This document shows positions 10,343 to 20,066 of a stretch of DNA of 64,000 nt, piece by piece (within the stretch, counting starts at the first letter, position 1; every line of letters begins with the position of its first letter). Source of the DNA: a virus (Duplodnaviria > Caudoviricetes). The DNA is taken from IMG/VR virus record IMGVR_UViG_3300032007_000001; one strand, 5' to 3'. The notes below the pieces were generated by a model. The model had not been told where the DNA came from. It made no database searches and saw only the letters and a program-made list of their open reading frames with translations. Both the position numbers and the translations under genes were made by a program.

Positions 10343-10987
10343 ATGTTTGTAAAAAGATATATAGAAGCTTCCAAAAAAGAAGCTAGCCAAATTAAAAATA
10401 TTATAAAAAGAAGAATGTTCTTAGCTTTCCGCATGAAGATAGCTGGAATAGTAGAAGACTTAAAGACATTTGACAAATTTCAAAAATATTTCGTCACTAA
10501 AGAAGAAGCAGAACAAAAAGTAAAAGAACTAAAAGAAAAAGGTTCTGAAAACGAACAAGACTTCAAAGATGCTGAAACCTGGTATGAAATCAATAATAAT
10601 ATACAAGAAGTATACGTTTACAGCACAGATGGAGATGAAATATCTCTTGGAAAATGTTGTATGGTAGAATTCAATCAAGGTAATGTATTATCAGGTATGA
10701 AAAAATACGTTGTTTTGGCTGGAATATACAGAGTGGACGAAAAAGGCAAAAAAGAAACACCAATGATAGCATATAAAGACTATATTGATTTAAGAATTGA
10801 AGATGCTATAGAAAAATTAGCAAGTGAAGGAATGTTCGGTTACGGAAAAACGTATAAATGCATGAGAACATATAAAGCTAATTTTAATCAAATATCCGGT
10901 TATGCAAAGAAAGTATTGGAACATGACCAAAAATTGAAACAGCAAAAAGAGCGTCAAGAACAAGAAAATGAAAAAAATGTTGCGTGA
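10343..10987 (+). CDS. Hypothetical protein, module A copy 1
   Basis: Paralog of 11623..12237 (MFVKRYIEASKKEA...RMFLA.R.KIA); ATG after AGGAG RBS. Confidence 0.7.
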   Translation: MFVKRYIEASKKEASQIKNIIKRRMFLAFRMKIAGIVEDLKTFDKFQKYFVTKEEAEQKVKELKEKGSENEQDFKDAETWYEINNNIQEVYVYSTDGDEISLGKCCMVEFNQGNVLSGMKKYVVLAGIYRVDEKGKKETPMIAYKDYIDLRIEDAIEKLASEGMFGYGKTYKCMRTYKANFNQISGYAKKVLEHDQKLKQQKERQEQENEKNVA

Positions 10988-11010
10988 CGTAAAAAAATGC
11001 ATAAAAACCA

Positions 11011-11039
11011 TTTACACGACGCACGAAATATGGTATAAT
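11011..11039 (+). promoter_or_regulatory. Early promoter
   Basis: TTTACA-N17-TATAAT with TG extension. Confidence 0.7.
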
Positions 11040-11065
11040 CAACCTCAAGGAAGAGGTGAATAACA

Positions 11066-11554
11066 ATGAAAAAAATCCAAAAACAACTGACAAGGCTAAT
11101 TGGATTTATAAACTATTTCATAAGGAGAGATAGCGAAAATTTCATTGCTATTCAGTTCGACAGAGATAAAGACGTTGGAAATATTGGCGAATATTTTCTC
11201 AACATAATCTCTGGAAACATCGATATTTTTTTTGAGAAAAAAAGACTTGAACCAGAAGAGATTGATTATACGATTAAGATTGTTTGTGAAAAAGCAGATG
11301 AAGATGATATTATTATCGATTCGTCCAAGCTTTTCAATAAAAGAGAAGCAACGATTACTTTCAAAGTAAGAAATATAAAAAGAATTGAAATTTTGCTTGC
11401 TTATAAACTACGAGACTGGGCATATCAATTTGCAAAATGGAGAGAAAATCGTCCAGCAAAATTAGTAATGTGCATACCACCAGAGCAAGACGACAAAAAT
11501 TATAGAGAACATATGAATGAATACATTAAAAATAAAATAGAAAGAAACATCTAA
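11066..11554 (+). CDS. Hypothetical protein, module B copy 1
   Basis: Paralog of 12294..12773 (MC.PPEQDD..YREHMNEYIKNKIE). Confidence 0.7.
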   Translation: MKKIQKQLTRLIGFINYFIRRDSENFIAIQFDRDKDVGNIGEYFLNIISGNIDIFFEKKRLEPEEIDYTIKIVCEKADEDDIIIDSSKLFNKREATITFKVRNIKRIEILLAYKLRDWAYQFAKWRENRPAKLVMCIPPEQDDKNYREHMNEYIKNKIERNI

Positions 11555-11578
11555 AAGTGGTTTTAAGAACCACTTTTT
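11553..11578 (+). terminator. Intrinsic terminator
   Basis: AAAAGTGGTT-TTAAG-AACCACTTTT. Confidence 0.65.
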
Positions 11579-11622
11579 ATTTTTATTTTTTTAATGAAAA
11601 TAATTTGTAGGAGCAAAGAATC

Positions 11623-12237
11623 ATGTTTATAAAAAGATATATAGAAGCTAGCAAAAAAGAAGCTGAAGGAATTAAAAATATTATCAAAAAAAGAATGTTT
11701 CTAGCTTATAGATTAAAAATAGCAGACATTATGAATGATTTAAAAACATTTGATAAATTTAAGAAATATTTCGTTGAAAAAAATGAGGCTGATGAAAAAC
11801 TAAAAGAATTGCAAGAACAACAAAAAAATGATGAAAATGTAAGAATAGATAGCAAAGATATAGATTGGTACGAGCCAATGAACAAAATAAGAGAATTTTA
11901 CGTTTATAGTTTAGATAAAGATGAAGTAAATATCGGAAAATGTTATTTATTGGATTTTATGAGAAGAGGATACGATGATTTTGTAACGCTTGGCGGCTTA
12001 TATAAAACAGATAGTTCAGGTAAAGAAATTGGAAGTATAATAGGATATAAAATCATGGAAAAACAAGATATTAATGGAAGTATACCAATAATTCAAAATG
12101 AAGGTATAAAAGGATATGGTAAAACATATTATCCAATGAATAACATAACAGCTACATTTTCACAAATTCAAAACTTTGCAAAAACAAAATTGAAAAAGAT
12201 ATTGGAAGAAAAACAAAATCAGCAACAAAGTGCATAA
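11623..12237 (+). CDS. Hypothetical protein, module A copy 2
   Basis: Paralog of 10343..10987. Confidence 0.7.
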   Translation: MFIKRYIEASKKEAEGIKNIIKKRMFLAYRLKIADIMNDLKTFDKFKKYFVEKNEADEKLKELQEQQKNDENVRIDSKDIDWYEPMNKIREFYVYSLDKDEVNIGKCYLLDFMRRGYDDFVTLGGLYKTDSSGKEIGSIIGYKIMEKQDINGSIPIIQNEGIKGYGKTYYPMNNITATFSQIQNFAKTKLKKILEEKQNQQQSA

Positions 12238-12242
12238 AACTA

Positions 12243-12271
12243 TTTACATTTCGATGATTTTATGATATAAT
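12243..12271 (+). promoter_or_regulatory. Early promoter
   Basis: AAACTA-TTTACA-N17-TATAAT. Confidence 0.7.
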
Positions 12272-12293
12272 CTCAACAAAAGAGGTGATAATC

Positions 12294-12773
12294 ATGAAAT
12301 CATTAGAAGAAAAAATGCAAGAAATTATCAATTTTATTGACATTTTCTTTCATAGAAAAAATGGAAATTGGATAGCTGTAGATTATATTCCAGAAGAGGA
12401 TATAAATGATGTAGCTTGGCTTTACGTTGTTGCTTTAATGGGAAATAATATTTGTTCCGAATCAAGATGTTATAAAAAAAGGATTTATGATTATCATATC
12501 AATTTTAAATGTAAAAAAGCAGAAGAAAATGATATTATTTTAAATAAAGACAGATTGTTTAGCGAAAAATCAGCAGATATTATTTTTATGATAAAAGACT
12601 CTGATGTATTCAAGGATTTATATGTCAATATATTCAATCCATGGTTTAAGAAATATTATATCACGCAAGGGCCAATTGAAATGATTATGTGTGTTCCTCC
12701 AGAACAAGACGATCCAGATTACAGAGAACACATGAACGAATATATTAAAAACAAAATAGAAGGAAAAATTTAA
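12294..12773 (+). CDS. Hypothetical protein, module B copy 2
   Basis: Paralog of 11066..11554. Confidence 0.7.
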   Translation: MKSLEEKMQEIINFIDIFFHRKNGNWIAVDYIPEEDINDVAWLYVVALMGNNICSESRCYKKRIYDYHINFKCKKAEENDIILNKDRLFSEKSADIIFMIKDSDVFKDLYVNIFNPWFKKYYITQGPIEMIMCVPPEQDDPDYREHMNEYIKNKIEGKI

Positions 12774-12777
12774 GAAC

Positions 12778-12810
12778 AAAAGCAGTGGTACAATGGTCCA
12801 CTGCTTTTTT
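12778..12810 (+). terminator. Intrinsic terminator
   Basis: AAAGCAGTGG...CCACTGCTTTTT. Confidence 0.65.
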
Positions 12811-12898
12811 ATTGTATTTAACAAAATATAAAAGTTTTTCATTTTCTATAATTAATTAGGAAGATATGAATGAAAATTATAGAAGGTGAAAAACTTTT

Positions 12899-13279
12899 AT
12901 GTCTATAAACCTAAATGATATATTGACATACGGTGGCGCTAAATTTCAAGTCGTAAAAGCAGCTACATCAAAAGATATAAATACATTAAACAATAAAATA
13001 AACGAACTTTCAACAATTTTTAGAAAAAACTCCACAGCATATGCTGTTGGGTCTATTGTTTTTTCTGCTTCGCTTCCTTCTGGTTTCGTATTAGAATGTA
13101 CGACTGCTGGAACAACAGCATCAACCGAACCAACAATTAATAATGTTACTGAAGGAAATACAATATCTGACGGAACAGTTACATGGACATATAGATGTTT
13201 ACTTATGGCGAAAACAGCATTAGCAATTAACGGGAATGTTCTTGTTTTTAGTAATGGTACAAGAATTTGGGTAGAGTGA
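12899..13279 (+). CDS. Tail fibre anchor/adaptor-like protein
   Basis: Shares the N-terminal module (INxNDxIxYGxAKF, RKNSTxYxVG, LECTxAGTT, DGTVxWTY) with 15142 and 20067. Confidence 0.6.
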   Translation: MSINLNDILTYGGAKFQVVKAATSKDINTLNNKINELSTIFRKNSTAYAVGSIVFSASLPSGFVLECTTAGTTASTEPTINNVTEGNTISDGTVTWTYRCLLMAKTALAINGNVLVFSNGTRIWVE

Positions 13280-13285
13280 TATATC

Positions 13286-14050
13286 ATGGCAATACTAGTC
13301 AAACAACTTCATGTATTAAATCAAAATTCAGAACAAGAAGATTTTGAAATTGCAACCACAGCTGAGGAAACTGGAAATACAGAAAATTTTATGACTTGTA
13401 TGGTTGACGGTGAAACGGTATATGCTGGGCTTGATACAGATACTACAGTTTCTAGTTTCCTAGTTCAAAAAGCTGGAATAAATTATGCAGTCAAACATAC
13501 TGGAACTCCTCCATATGTTCCTGGAAGCGAATCTTATACTGTAGCAGGAACCTATACATTTACTGCGCCTTATACTGCTGATTATACAATAGAAATAGCC
13601 GGTGGCGGTGGTGGTGGAGGAGGAACGTGTACTTGGACTGGTCAAAGCTTAAAATCTGGAAGCAGTTCAGCTTATGGAGGAACTGGTGGAAATGGAGCAT
13701 TAGAAACGATAGTTGCTTCTTTGATTGCTGAAGAAACGTATTCTGTTGTTGTCGGCGCTGGTGGGTCAAGTGGGTCTAATTATTCTTGGAACGAACGTAT
13801 TACGAAGGTTGGACAATACTCCGCATCTGCTGGTTCTGGACAACAAGGAGGTACATCTTCTTTTGATAACACAACGGCTATTGGCGGTTTGGGTGGTGGC
13901 GGCGGAGGATTAACAATTCTTGCTGTCCAACTGCAATATTACGGTAGAGCAGCAACTACTGGTTCAAATGGAACTTCTTACGGCAATGGTGGTCAAGGAG
14001 GAGCTGGAGCCACAAATGGCAGTCCAGGCTGGGTAACAATAACATGGTGA
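13286..14050 (+). CDS. Glycine-rich tail fibre protein
   Basis: GTYTFTAP, AGGGGGGG, VVVGAGG, GWVTITW glycine-rich domain. Confidence 0.65.
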   Translation: MAILVKQLHVLNQNSEQEDFEIATTAEETGNTENFMTCMVDGETVYAGLDTDTTVSSFLVQKAGINYAVKHTGTPPYVPGSESYTVAGTYTFTAPYTADYTIEIAGGGGGGGGTCTWTGQSLKSGSSSAYGGTGGNGALETIVASLIAEETYSVVVGAGGSSGSNYSWNERITKVGQYSASAGSGQQGGTSSFDNTTAIGGLGGGGGGLTILAVQLQYYGRAATTGSNGTSYGNGGQGGAGATNGSPGWVTITW

Positions 14051-14067
14051 GAAAGGAAAAATAAATA

Positions 14068-14457
14068 ATGAATAAATTTGCACAATTACTATATGGCAAG
14101 GTTGTTTATATTTATGAAACGACACTTGAAAAAAAAGATTTACCAAGAATATTCAAACCATCTGCTTATTGGGTAGATGTAACCGGACAAGATGTTGAAA
14201 TGGGCGATATTGCATCTTTTGACAAAAATCTTGGTATTATTTTTACAAAACCAGAACAAGATGAAATGACTGAACTGGAAAAAAATAAATATCAGCTTAC
14301 AGAACAATATGAAACAGATAAAGATATAATCATAAAATATTATATTGATGCTATTCTACATGATGATACAAAAACCATGGAAGAATTAAAACGAGAAATG
14401 GCAAAGCTTGATGAACAATTTGACAATGATTATAATACATTAAAGAGCAATGAATAA
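14068..14457 (+). CDS. Tail fibre assembly/chaperone-like protein
   Basis: Follows a fibre gene; C-terminal helix resembles that of 21824..22168. Confidence 0.5.
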   Translation: MNKFAQLLYGKVVYIYETTLEKKDLPRIFKPSAYWVDVTGQDVEMGDIASFDKNLGIIFTKPEQDEMTELEKNKYQLTEQYETDKDIIIKYYIDAILHDDTKTMEELKREMAKLDEQFDNDYNTLKSNE

Positions 14458-14527
14458 AAAGTAACAAATTTGTAATACCTTCTTTTATATTTTGTTTTTA
14501 GAACAAATCAAAAAGAAGGTGATAATT

Positions 14528-15079
14528 ATGATGTCTGATAATTCTACAACTGAAGATATTGTTGGGAAAGATAAAACCGAAGTAATAAAAGAAAGCACAA
14601 AAGAAAAGAAAAATAAAAAAATCAACAAATTTCGCGCATGCGTAAAATATCTTGATTTAATTATGTCGCTTTTCAAAAAATATATGTTAGAACTTTTGTG
14701 TATGTCATTTTTTATTATATTCGATTTATGGGTATTTGGTTATCTTATGAATGGATTATATGGCTACAAATTTGATTTGACTTCAAGCGTTCAAGCGATT
14801 GGAGCAATTAGTTCTGCTGGTATTTTAACGGCCATTAAATATACTATTGATAGTACTAAAAACACAGTGCTTGGTGAGTCTCCAGAGAAACGTGTGAGGG
14901 AATCAATCAATCGGTTTATCAATGGAGACAAATTTGTTGACGAACATACATCAACGGAATGCGAAGATGTTAAAAGAACAAATGCTTTACAAGAAAGCAA
15001 TACTACGAAAACTAGAAGAACATCAATAAATAATCCATTAATCAATAATCCAGATGAACAATATAAAGATGGTAAATAA
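14528..15079 (+). CDS. Putative holin-like membrane protein
   Basis: Two hydrophobic segments with WVFGYLMNGLYGYKFDL...KYTIDSTKN. Confidence 0.45.
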   Translation: MMSDNSTTEDIVGKDKTEVIKESTKEKKNKKINKFRACVKYLDLIMSLFKKYMLELLCMSFFIIFDLWVFGYLMNGLYGYKFDLTSSVQAIGAISSAGILTAIKYTIDSTKNTVLGESPEKRVRESINRFINGDKFVDEHTSTECEDVKRTNALQESNTTKTRRTSINNPLINNPDEQYKDGK

Positions 15080-15084
15080 AATAC

Positions 15085-15109
15085 AAAAGACCATTAATTT
15101 GGTCTTTTT
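15085..15109 (+). terminator. Intrinsic terminator
   Basis: AAAAGACCA-TTAATT-TGGTCTTTT. Confidence 0.6.
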
Positions 15110-15141
15110 ATTTTGAATAAAATAAAAAGAGGTGTTAATCA

Positions 15142-17097
15142 ATGACAATGAACATAAATGACACAATCAATTATGGGAATGCAAAATTTAAGATAGTAAA
15201 AAATGCAACGAGCAATGATATTGATTTAATTAACAATAAAATTAATTCAATTGACAAAAATAGAAAAAACTCTACTACATATAGTGTCGGCGACGTTGTA
15301 TTTTGTTCATCTCTTCCATCTAGTCTTGTATTAGAATGTACTATAGCTGGTACAACATCATCAACAGAACCTTCTTTTTCAGGAGCCGAAGAAAATAATA
15401 CTATAACTGATGGTACTGTAATATGGACATATCGTGGTCTTCTTTCTGGTTCTGGTGGAAATCTTAATATAGTAGAACTTTCTCAATCTGAATATAACCA
15501 ACTTTCTCAATCAGAGAAAAAAGATACATCAAAGATTTACCTTATCACAGATGCAAATCCTTCTGATACTAATCAAACAAATGGAGTTCCTTTAGGAGCC
15601 ATAGTTCCTTATGTGGCAGAAACACAGAATCCACCAGCTGGATTCTTATTCTGTGATGGTTCAGCTGTAAGTCGTTTAATTTACTCAGACTTGTTCGGGG
15701 CTATCGGCATAACATACGGGACTGGTGACGGTTCAACAACATTTAACTTACCAGATTTGACTGGCGGCGAATTCCTTGAAGGTTCTGATACAGCAGGCAC
15801 TAGCCATGAGGCGGGATTGCCTAATATTGAGGGCAGTTTTCTCCCTGGTTCTGATGTTGACGCTGGGTTCGGCCTCAATTCAATAAGCAATGGAGCATTC
15901 TCTTATAATCAGTTAAGTGGTACTGGAAACTTTCTTACTAATGGTGGGGGAGGTCAGATTCGAGGGTCTTTAGACTTCGATGCTTCTGACAGTAACGCAA
16001 TCTATGGTAACTCCGATACCGTCCAGCCCAAATCCCTAACAGTTCGTTACCTTATAAAATATCTACCAAATGTAATCGACTCTGAAATATCAGCAGCTGA
16101 TGCAGCTTCTCAGGCAAAAGCGGCGGCCCAAGCAGCTGAAGCTTATGCAGGTTCAGCAGGAATACCTATTGGAACTTTATTTCCATTTGCAGCTAATACA
16201 CAGGACCCGCCGACAGGATATCTGTTCTGCGACGGTTCGGCGGTTTCACGCACGATGTACCCCGACCTGTTCAGTGTGCTTGGCACAACTTGGGGCGATG
16301 GTGACGGCAGTACGACGTTCAATCTGCCACGTTCAGAAGACCTCGTTTTGCAGGGCGCGTCATCGACGAATCCTGTGGGAACGTATAAGGAGGCGGGGTT
16401 GCCTAATATTACGGGAAGCACTGTGGCTCATGCTGATTCTGCGTCTTCTAAACCAGCACCCACTGGAGCTTTTTATACAGGTGGCACCGCTACTGTTTCA
16501 ACTTATGGTTCAGATGCTTCTCGTGGGAAACAAATGTTTGATGCTTCTCGTTGTTCTGCAATCTACGGGGCGTCCGATACCGTCCAGCCTCCTGCCGCTT
16601 GCGTGAAATTCATCATCAAAGCCTACGACGGTGTAACGCCGGGGAGTGCGGGGATTGATTTGTCGCAGTATGCTTCCGAGCTTGGCAACAAGGCTTCCCG
16701 TGGATTGGACAATCTGACCGACGCAGGAGAAGACCATTTTCTTGGTGACGATAATTTCTGCATTATCTATCCAAATGGTGGGACTGCGGCGAATCCTGCG
16801 AATATCGCAGTAAATAACATTTACTTGGAAACGAATCCGTTTCCGAACTATCACATAGCGACGATTTTGCAGATTTTTTACAATAGTAAATGGTTTGAAA
16901 CGGGGTGGGTGTATTCTTCCTCCAACGGCAGTTCTTACGGCACAAGGGTTGAGGAATGCAACGGACAAATCCGCATTGTAACGGGAAATCAGTCTTTAAC
17001 ACGTGGGCGTTCAAACAATGGAACGGATGATGATTTAGGAAGTTCGTCTGCTCCCTGCCGCGTAAAAGTTTGGAAAATTGGCAAAATCCAATCATAA
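15142..17097 (+). CDS. Tail fibre protein, two tail-collar domains
   Basis: Two copies of PxGxIxP..GFLxCDGSAVSR..YxDLF..IG.TYG.GDGSTTFNLP; C-terminal PCRVKVWKIGK domain. Confidence 0.85.
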   Translation: MTMNINDTINYGNAKFKIVKNATSNDIDLINNKINSIDKNRKNSTTYSVGDVVFCSSLPSSLVLECTIAGTTSSTEPSFSGAEENNTITDGTVIWTYRGLLSGSGGNLNIVELSQSEYNQLSQSEKKDTSKIYLITDANPSDTNQTNGVPLGAIVPYVAETQNPPAGFLFCDGSAVSRLIYSDLFGAIGITYGTGDGSTTFNLPDLTGGEFLEGSDTAGTSHEAGLPNIEGSFLPGSDVDAGFGLNSISNGAFSYNQLSGTGNFLTNGGGGQIRGSLDFDASDSNAIYGNSDTVQPKSLTVRYLIKYLPNVIDSEISAADAASQAKAAAQAAEAYAGSAGIPIGTLFPFAANTQDPPTGYLFCDGSAVSRTMYPDLFSVLGTTWGDGDGSTTFNLPRSEDLVLQGASSTNPVGTYKEAGLPNITGSTVAHADSASSKPAPTGAFYTGGTATVSTYGSDASRGKQMFDASRCSAIYGASDTVQPPAACVKFIIKAYDGVTPGSAGIDLSQYASELGNKASRGLDNLTDAGEDHFLGDDNFCIIYPNGGTAANPANIAVNNIYLETNPFPNYHIATILQIFYNSKWFETGWVYSSSNGSSYGTRVEECNGQIRIVTGNQSLTRGRSNNGTDDDLGSSSAPCRVKVWKIGKIQS

Positions 17098-17130
17098 GAA
17101 ATAAATATATCAATAAGGAGGTATCCAATA

Positions 17131-19011
17131 ATGCCTAAGTTAATGTATAACGACAATGAAATAGGCGGTATTGGTAGCAACTCAGATTCTTTACCAGTTG
17201 GTTCTATTATACCTTTTGGTTCTCTTACATCTATCCCAAAAGGTTTTTTATCTTGTGACGGAACAGCTGTATCAAGAGAAACTTATAACGAATTATTTGA
17301 TATTATAGGTACTCAATACGGAGAAGGAAATGGGACTACTACATTCAATTTACCTGATTTAGTAGATGCTGCTATCATGAATGGGGACTATGATAAGACA
17401 GAATTTATTACAGCTGGAAGCGACACATTTACCGCTCCTAAGACTGGCTACTACAAAATCACCGTAAAAGGTGCTGGTGGCGGCGGATGGGGAGGCAAGT
17501 CTGAAAGTGGAGGATTTTATTACGGAGGACTTGGAGGAGCAGAGGGTGGAACAACAATAGCTTATGAATACATGACTTTGGGTGACATTGCTGTTATAAT
17601 CATCGGTGCTGGAGGAACAGGAGGACCAGCAGGAGCAGGAAGTGCTCCAAGTGCCGGAGAAGATAGTTCCGTTACTGTTAATCATAATACATATACTGGC
17701 GGTGGTGGTTCTATTAACGCTAGAGGCTTTACTTACGGTGGTAGTGGAACGGTCCCGGGAGAATCTGGGCCAGCTGGTCAACGCGCCTATAACTTATATG
17801 CATATGGTGGTTGTGGCGGTGGTAACGGTGGCGGGGCTGGTTCTTATGACACAGTAGCGAATGATGGAATAAATGGCGGCGGTGGCGGCGGAGGTGGAGC
17901 TTCTGGAAGTTCTTATACTTTCGCAGGAGGCAAAGGCGGCGACGGCTTCGCCACTTTCGAATACATCGGAACTGTCTCAAACTACGTCATCAAAGCTTAT
18001 CTCTCCTCAATCTCAATCGGAGACACACTCGTCACTCTCACACAAGCCCAATACGATGCCTTATCCACTAACGAAAAGAACGATGCACGCAAGTTGTATG
18101 TGATAACGGATTCTGGAGATGCTGCTAATATAGCAGACAACATGCCAGTAGGACTTATCTTACCTTATGCTGCTAATGCTGATAATCCAATAGGATTTCT
18201 TACTTGCGACGGTTCAGCGGTGAGTAGAACGATGTACCCAGACCTCTTCGCTTTAATCGGCACAACGTATGGCGAGGGTGATGGGGAAACTACATTTAAT
18301 TTGCCAGACTTAGGGTTTATTGATGGAGAAGAAGCCGCTATCTATGGGGACGGGTATGCGCTCGGTTTGGAATCTAATTTACCGTCTAAAGCTGGACTTA
18401 ACCTGAATTATGGTAGCAATACCTATTTGTATTGGAATCAAAACTCGTCTGATTTAGCTGAAGGAAGAATGGGTCTGGCTGTAAAGAATTCTACTGATTC
18501 TCCATCAGGCTCTCATATTTATACCGACCTTACTTCTGCGGTTTCCAATAAAGCCCGTTATATCATCAAAGCCTTCAACGGAGCTACAAAGAATAGCGCT
18601 CTTGTTGATATGACGCAGGTTGGTAATGCTTTGAATAGCAAGTTTGATTTTGGTTCTGACTTTACCATCATTTATCCGAATGGTGGAACAGCAGAAATTC
18701 CGGCTAATGTAACAAAAAATAGCAGGTATGTTATGGACAATCCTTTTCCTGGATATATTGTAAATTGCATAGCTGAAGTTTTGTATAATGGAGAATGGGG
18801 AGACCCAAAGTTTGCATCTGATACAAACAATGAACGCGGTGTGATAGCTACGCAATTTAATGATAATACGATAGTGGTTCAAACGGCGCAAATATATGTA
18901 TTCACTCAATCAGGAAATTCCGGTAATCCCTTTGGATTTTCTGGGTCAGCTCAAACAACACTTCCATGTAGAGTCAAAGTCTGGAAAATCGGCAAAATCC
19001 CAACAACCTAA
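17131..19011 (+). CDS. Tail fibre protein (collar, Gly-rich, collar, C-terminal domain)
   Basis: Two collar motifs, glycine-rich insert, PCRVKVWKIGK end. Confidence 0.85.
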   Translation: MPKLMYNDNEIGGIGSNSDSLPVGSIIPFGSLTSIPKGFLSCDGTAVSRETYNELFDIIGTQYGEGNGTTTFNLPDLVDAAIMNGDYDKTEFITAGSDTFTAPKTGYYKITVKGAGGGGWGGKSESGGFYYGGLGGAEGGTTIAYEYMTLGDIAVIIIGAGGTGGPAGAGSAPSAGEDSSVTVNHNTYTGGGGSINARGFTYGGSGTVPGESGPAGQRAYNLYAYGGCGGGNGGGAGSYDTVANDGINGGGGGGGGASGSSYTFAGGKGGDGFATFEYIGTVSNYVIKAYLSSISIGDTLVTLTQAQYDALSTNEKNDARKLYVITDSGDAANIADNMPVGLILPYAANADNPIGFLTCDGSAVSRTMYPDLFALIGTTYGEGDGETTFNLPDLGFIDGEEAAIYGDGYALGLESNLPSKAGLNLNYGSNTYLYWNQNSSDLAEGRMGLAVKNSTDSPSGSHIYTDLTSAVSNKARYIIKAFNGATKNSALVDMTQVGNALNSKFDFGSDFTIIYPNGGTAEIPANVTKNSRYVMDNPFPGYIVNCIAEVLYNGEWGDPKFASDTNNERGVIATQFNDNTIVVQTAQIYVFTQSGNSGNPFGFSGSAQTTLPCRVKVWKIGKIPTT

Positions 19012-19034
19012 TATAAAAGGAGGTCAAAACAGTC

Positions 19035-20045
19035 ATGTCTAAAATAATATATAAATCAGAAATGGTTGGTGGACAAGCTATTGGAATCCCAATAGGGTCT
19101 ATCATACCTTTTTCATCAAGCTCAACTCTCCCCAATGGCTTCCTTGCTTGTGAGGGACAGGCTATCTCAAGAACCATGTATAAAGATTTATTCCAAGTCA
19201 TCGGGACTATTTATGGTGAAGGTGATGGAAACACTACTTTTAATATTCCTAATCTTTCAAGTGGTGAGTTCCTTGAGGGTTCTACTGTTGCTGGTGTGAG
19301 TAAGAGCGCAGGGTTACCGAATATTGAAGGTAGCGCACGCAATAGTGGCTTTGGTGTTATCGGAAATGCAAATGGAGATTCAACAGGGGCTTTTACAGCA
19401 GGACCTTCACCATTGCTTTCTTATCCAAGCGGTGGTAGCGGTAATCTATATTCGTTGACTCTTGACGCTTCTCGTTCTTCCGAAATCTATGGCGCGTCAG
19501 ACACTGTCCAACCTAAATCTGTAACGGTTCATTACATAATCAAAGCCTTCGATGACATAACTCCTAATAGTGCTTTATTAGACGTGACTCAGTATGCTTC
19601 TGATCTCGCTAACAGAGCTTCAAGGTCATTAGATAGCCTAACTCCAGAAGGTGAAGACCACTTCCTCGAACAGGACTTTACCATCATCTATCCGAACGGT
19701 GGGAGCGAGGGAAACCCTGCAAATGTAACAACTAATAGCCGATACGTTGAAACAAATCCTTTCCCTGGATATGCTATCGCATGTGTGCTTGAGGTCAAAT
19801 ATAACAACGAATGGGGACGTCCAGGTAGCCTTATTTCTGAATGGGGTAATGGTTCACAGAGAAACTTTTATCGTGGTGTGGACGCTATCCAGTTAAATGA
19901 CAATAATATTATCATACAAACCGCAACTGATAGTATTATGTCTCCTGCGAATCATGGGCTTGCCCCCTTTAATAATTCTGACCATGTTACTACATTACCT
20001 TGTCGCGTTAAGGTATGGAAAATCGGGAAAGTTGTAAGGACATGA
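19035..20045 (+). CDS. Tail fibre protein, single collar domain
   Basis: Collar motif plus IIYPNGG...PCRVKVWKIGK domain. Confidence 0.85.
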   Translation: MSKIIYKSEMVGGQAIGIPIGSIIPFSSSSTLPNGFLACEGQAISRTMYKDLFQVIGTIYGEGDGNTTFNIPNLSSGEFLEGSTVAGVSKSAGLPNIEGSARNSGFGVIGNANGDSTGAFTAGPSPLLSYPSGGSGNLYSLTLDASRSSEIYGASDTVQPKSVTVHYIIKAFDDITPNSALLDVTQYASDLANRASRSLDSLTPEGEDHFLEQDFTIIYPNGGSEGNPANVTTNSRYVETNPFPGYAIACVLEVKYNNEWGRPGSLISEWGNGSQRNFYRGVDAIQLNDNNIIIQTATDSIMSPANHGLAPFNNSDHVTTLPCRVKVWKIGKVVRT

Positions 20046-20066
20046 AAATATATATGGTGATACAAT

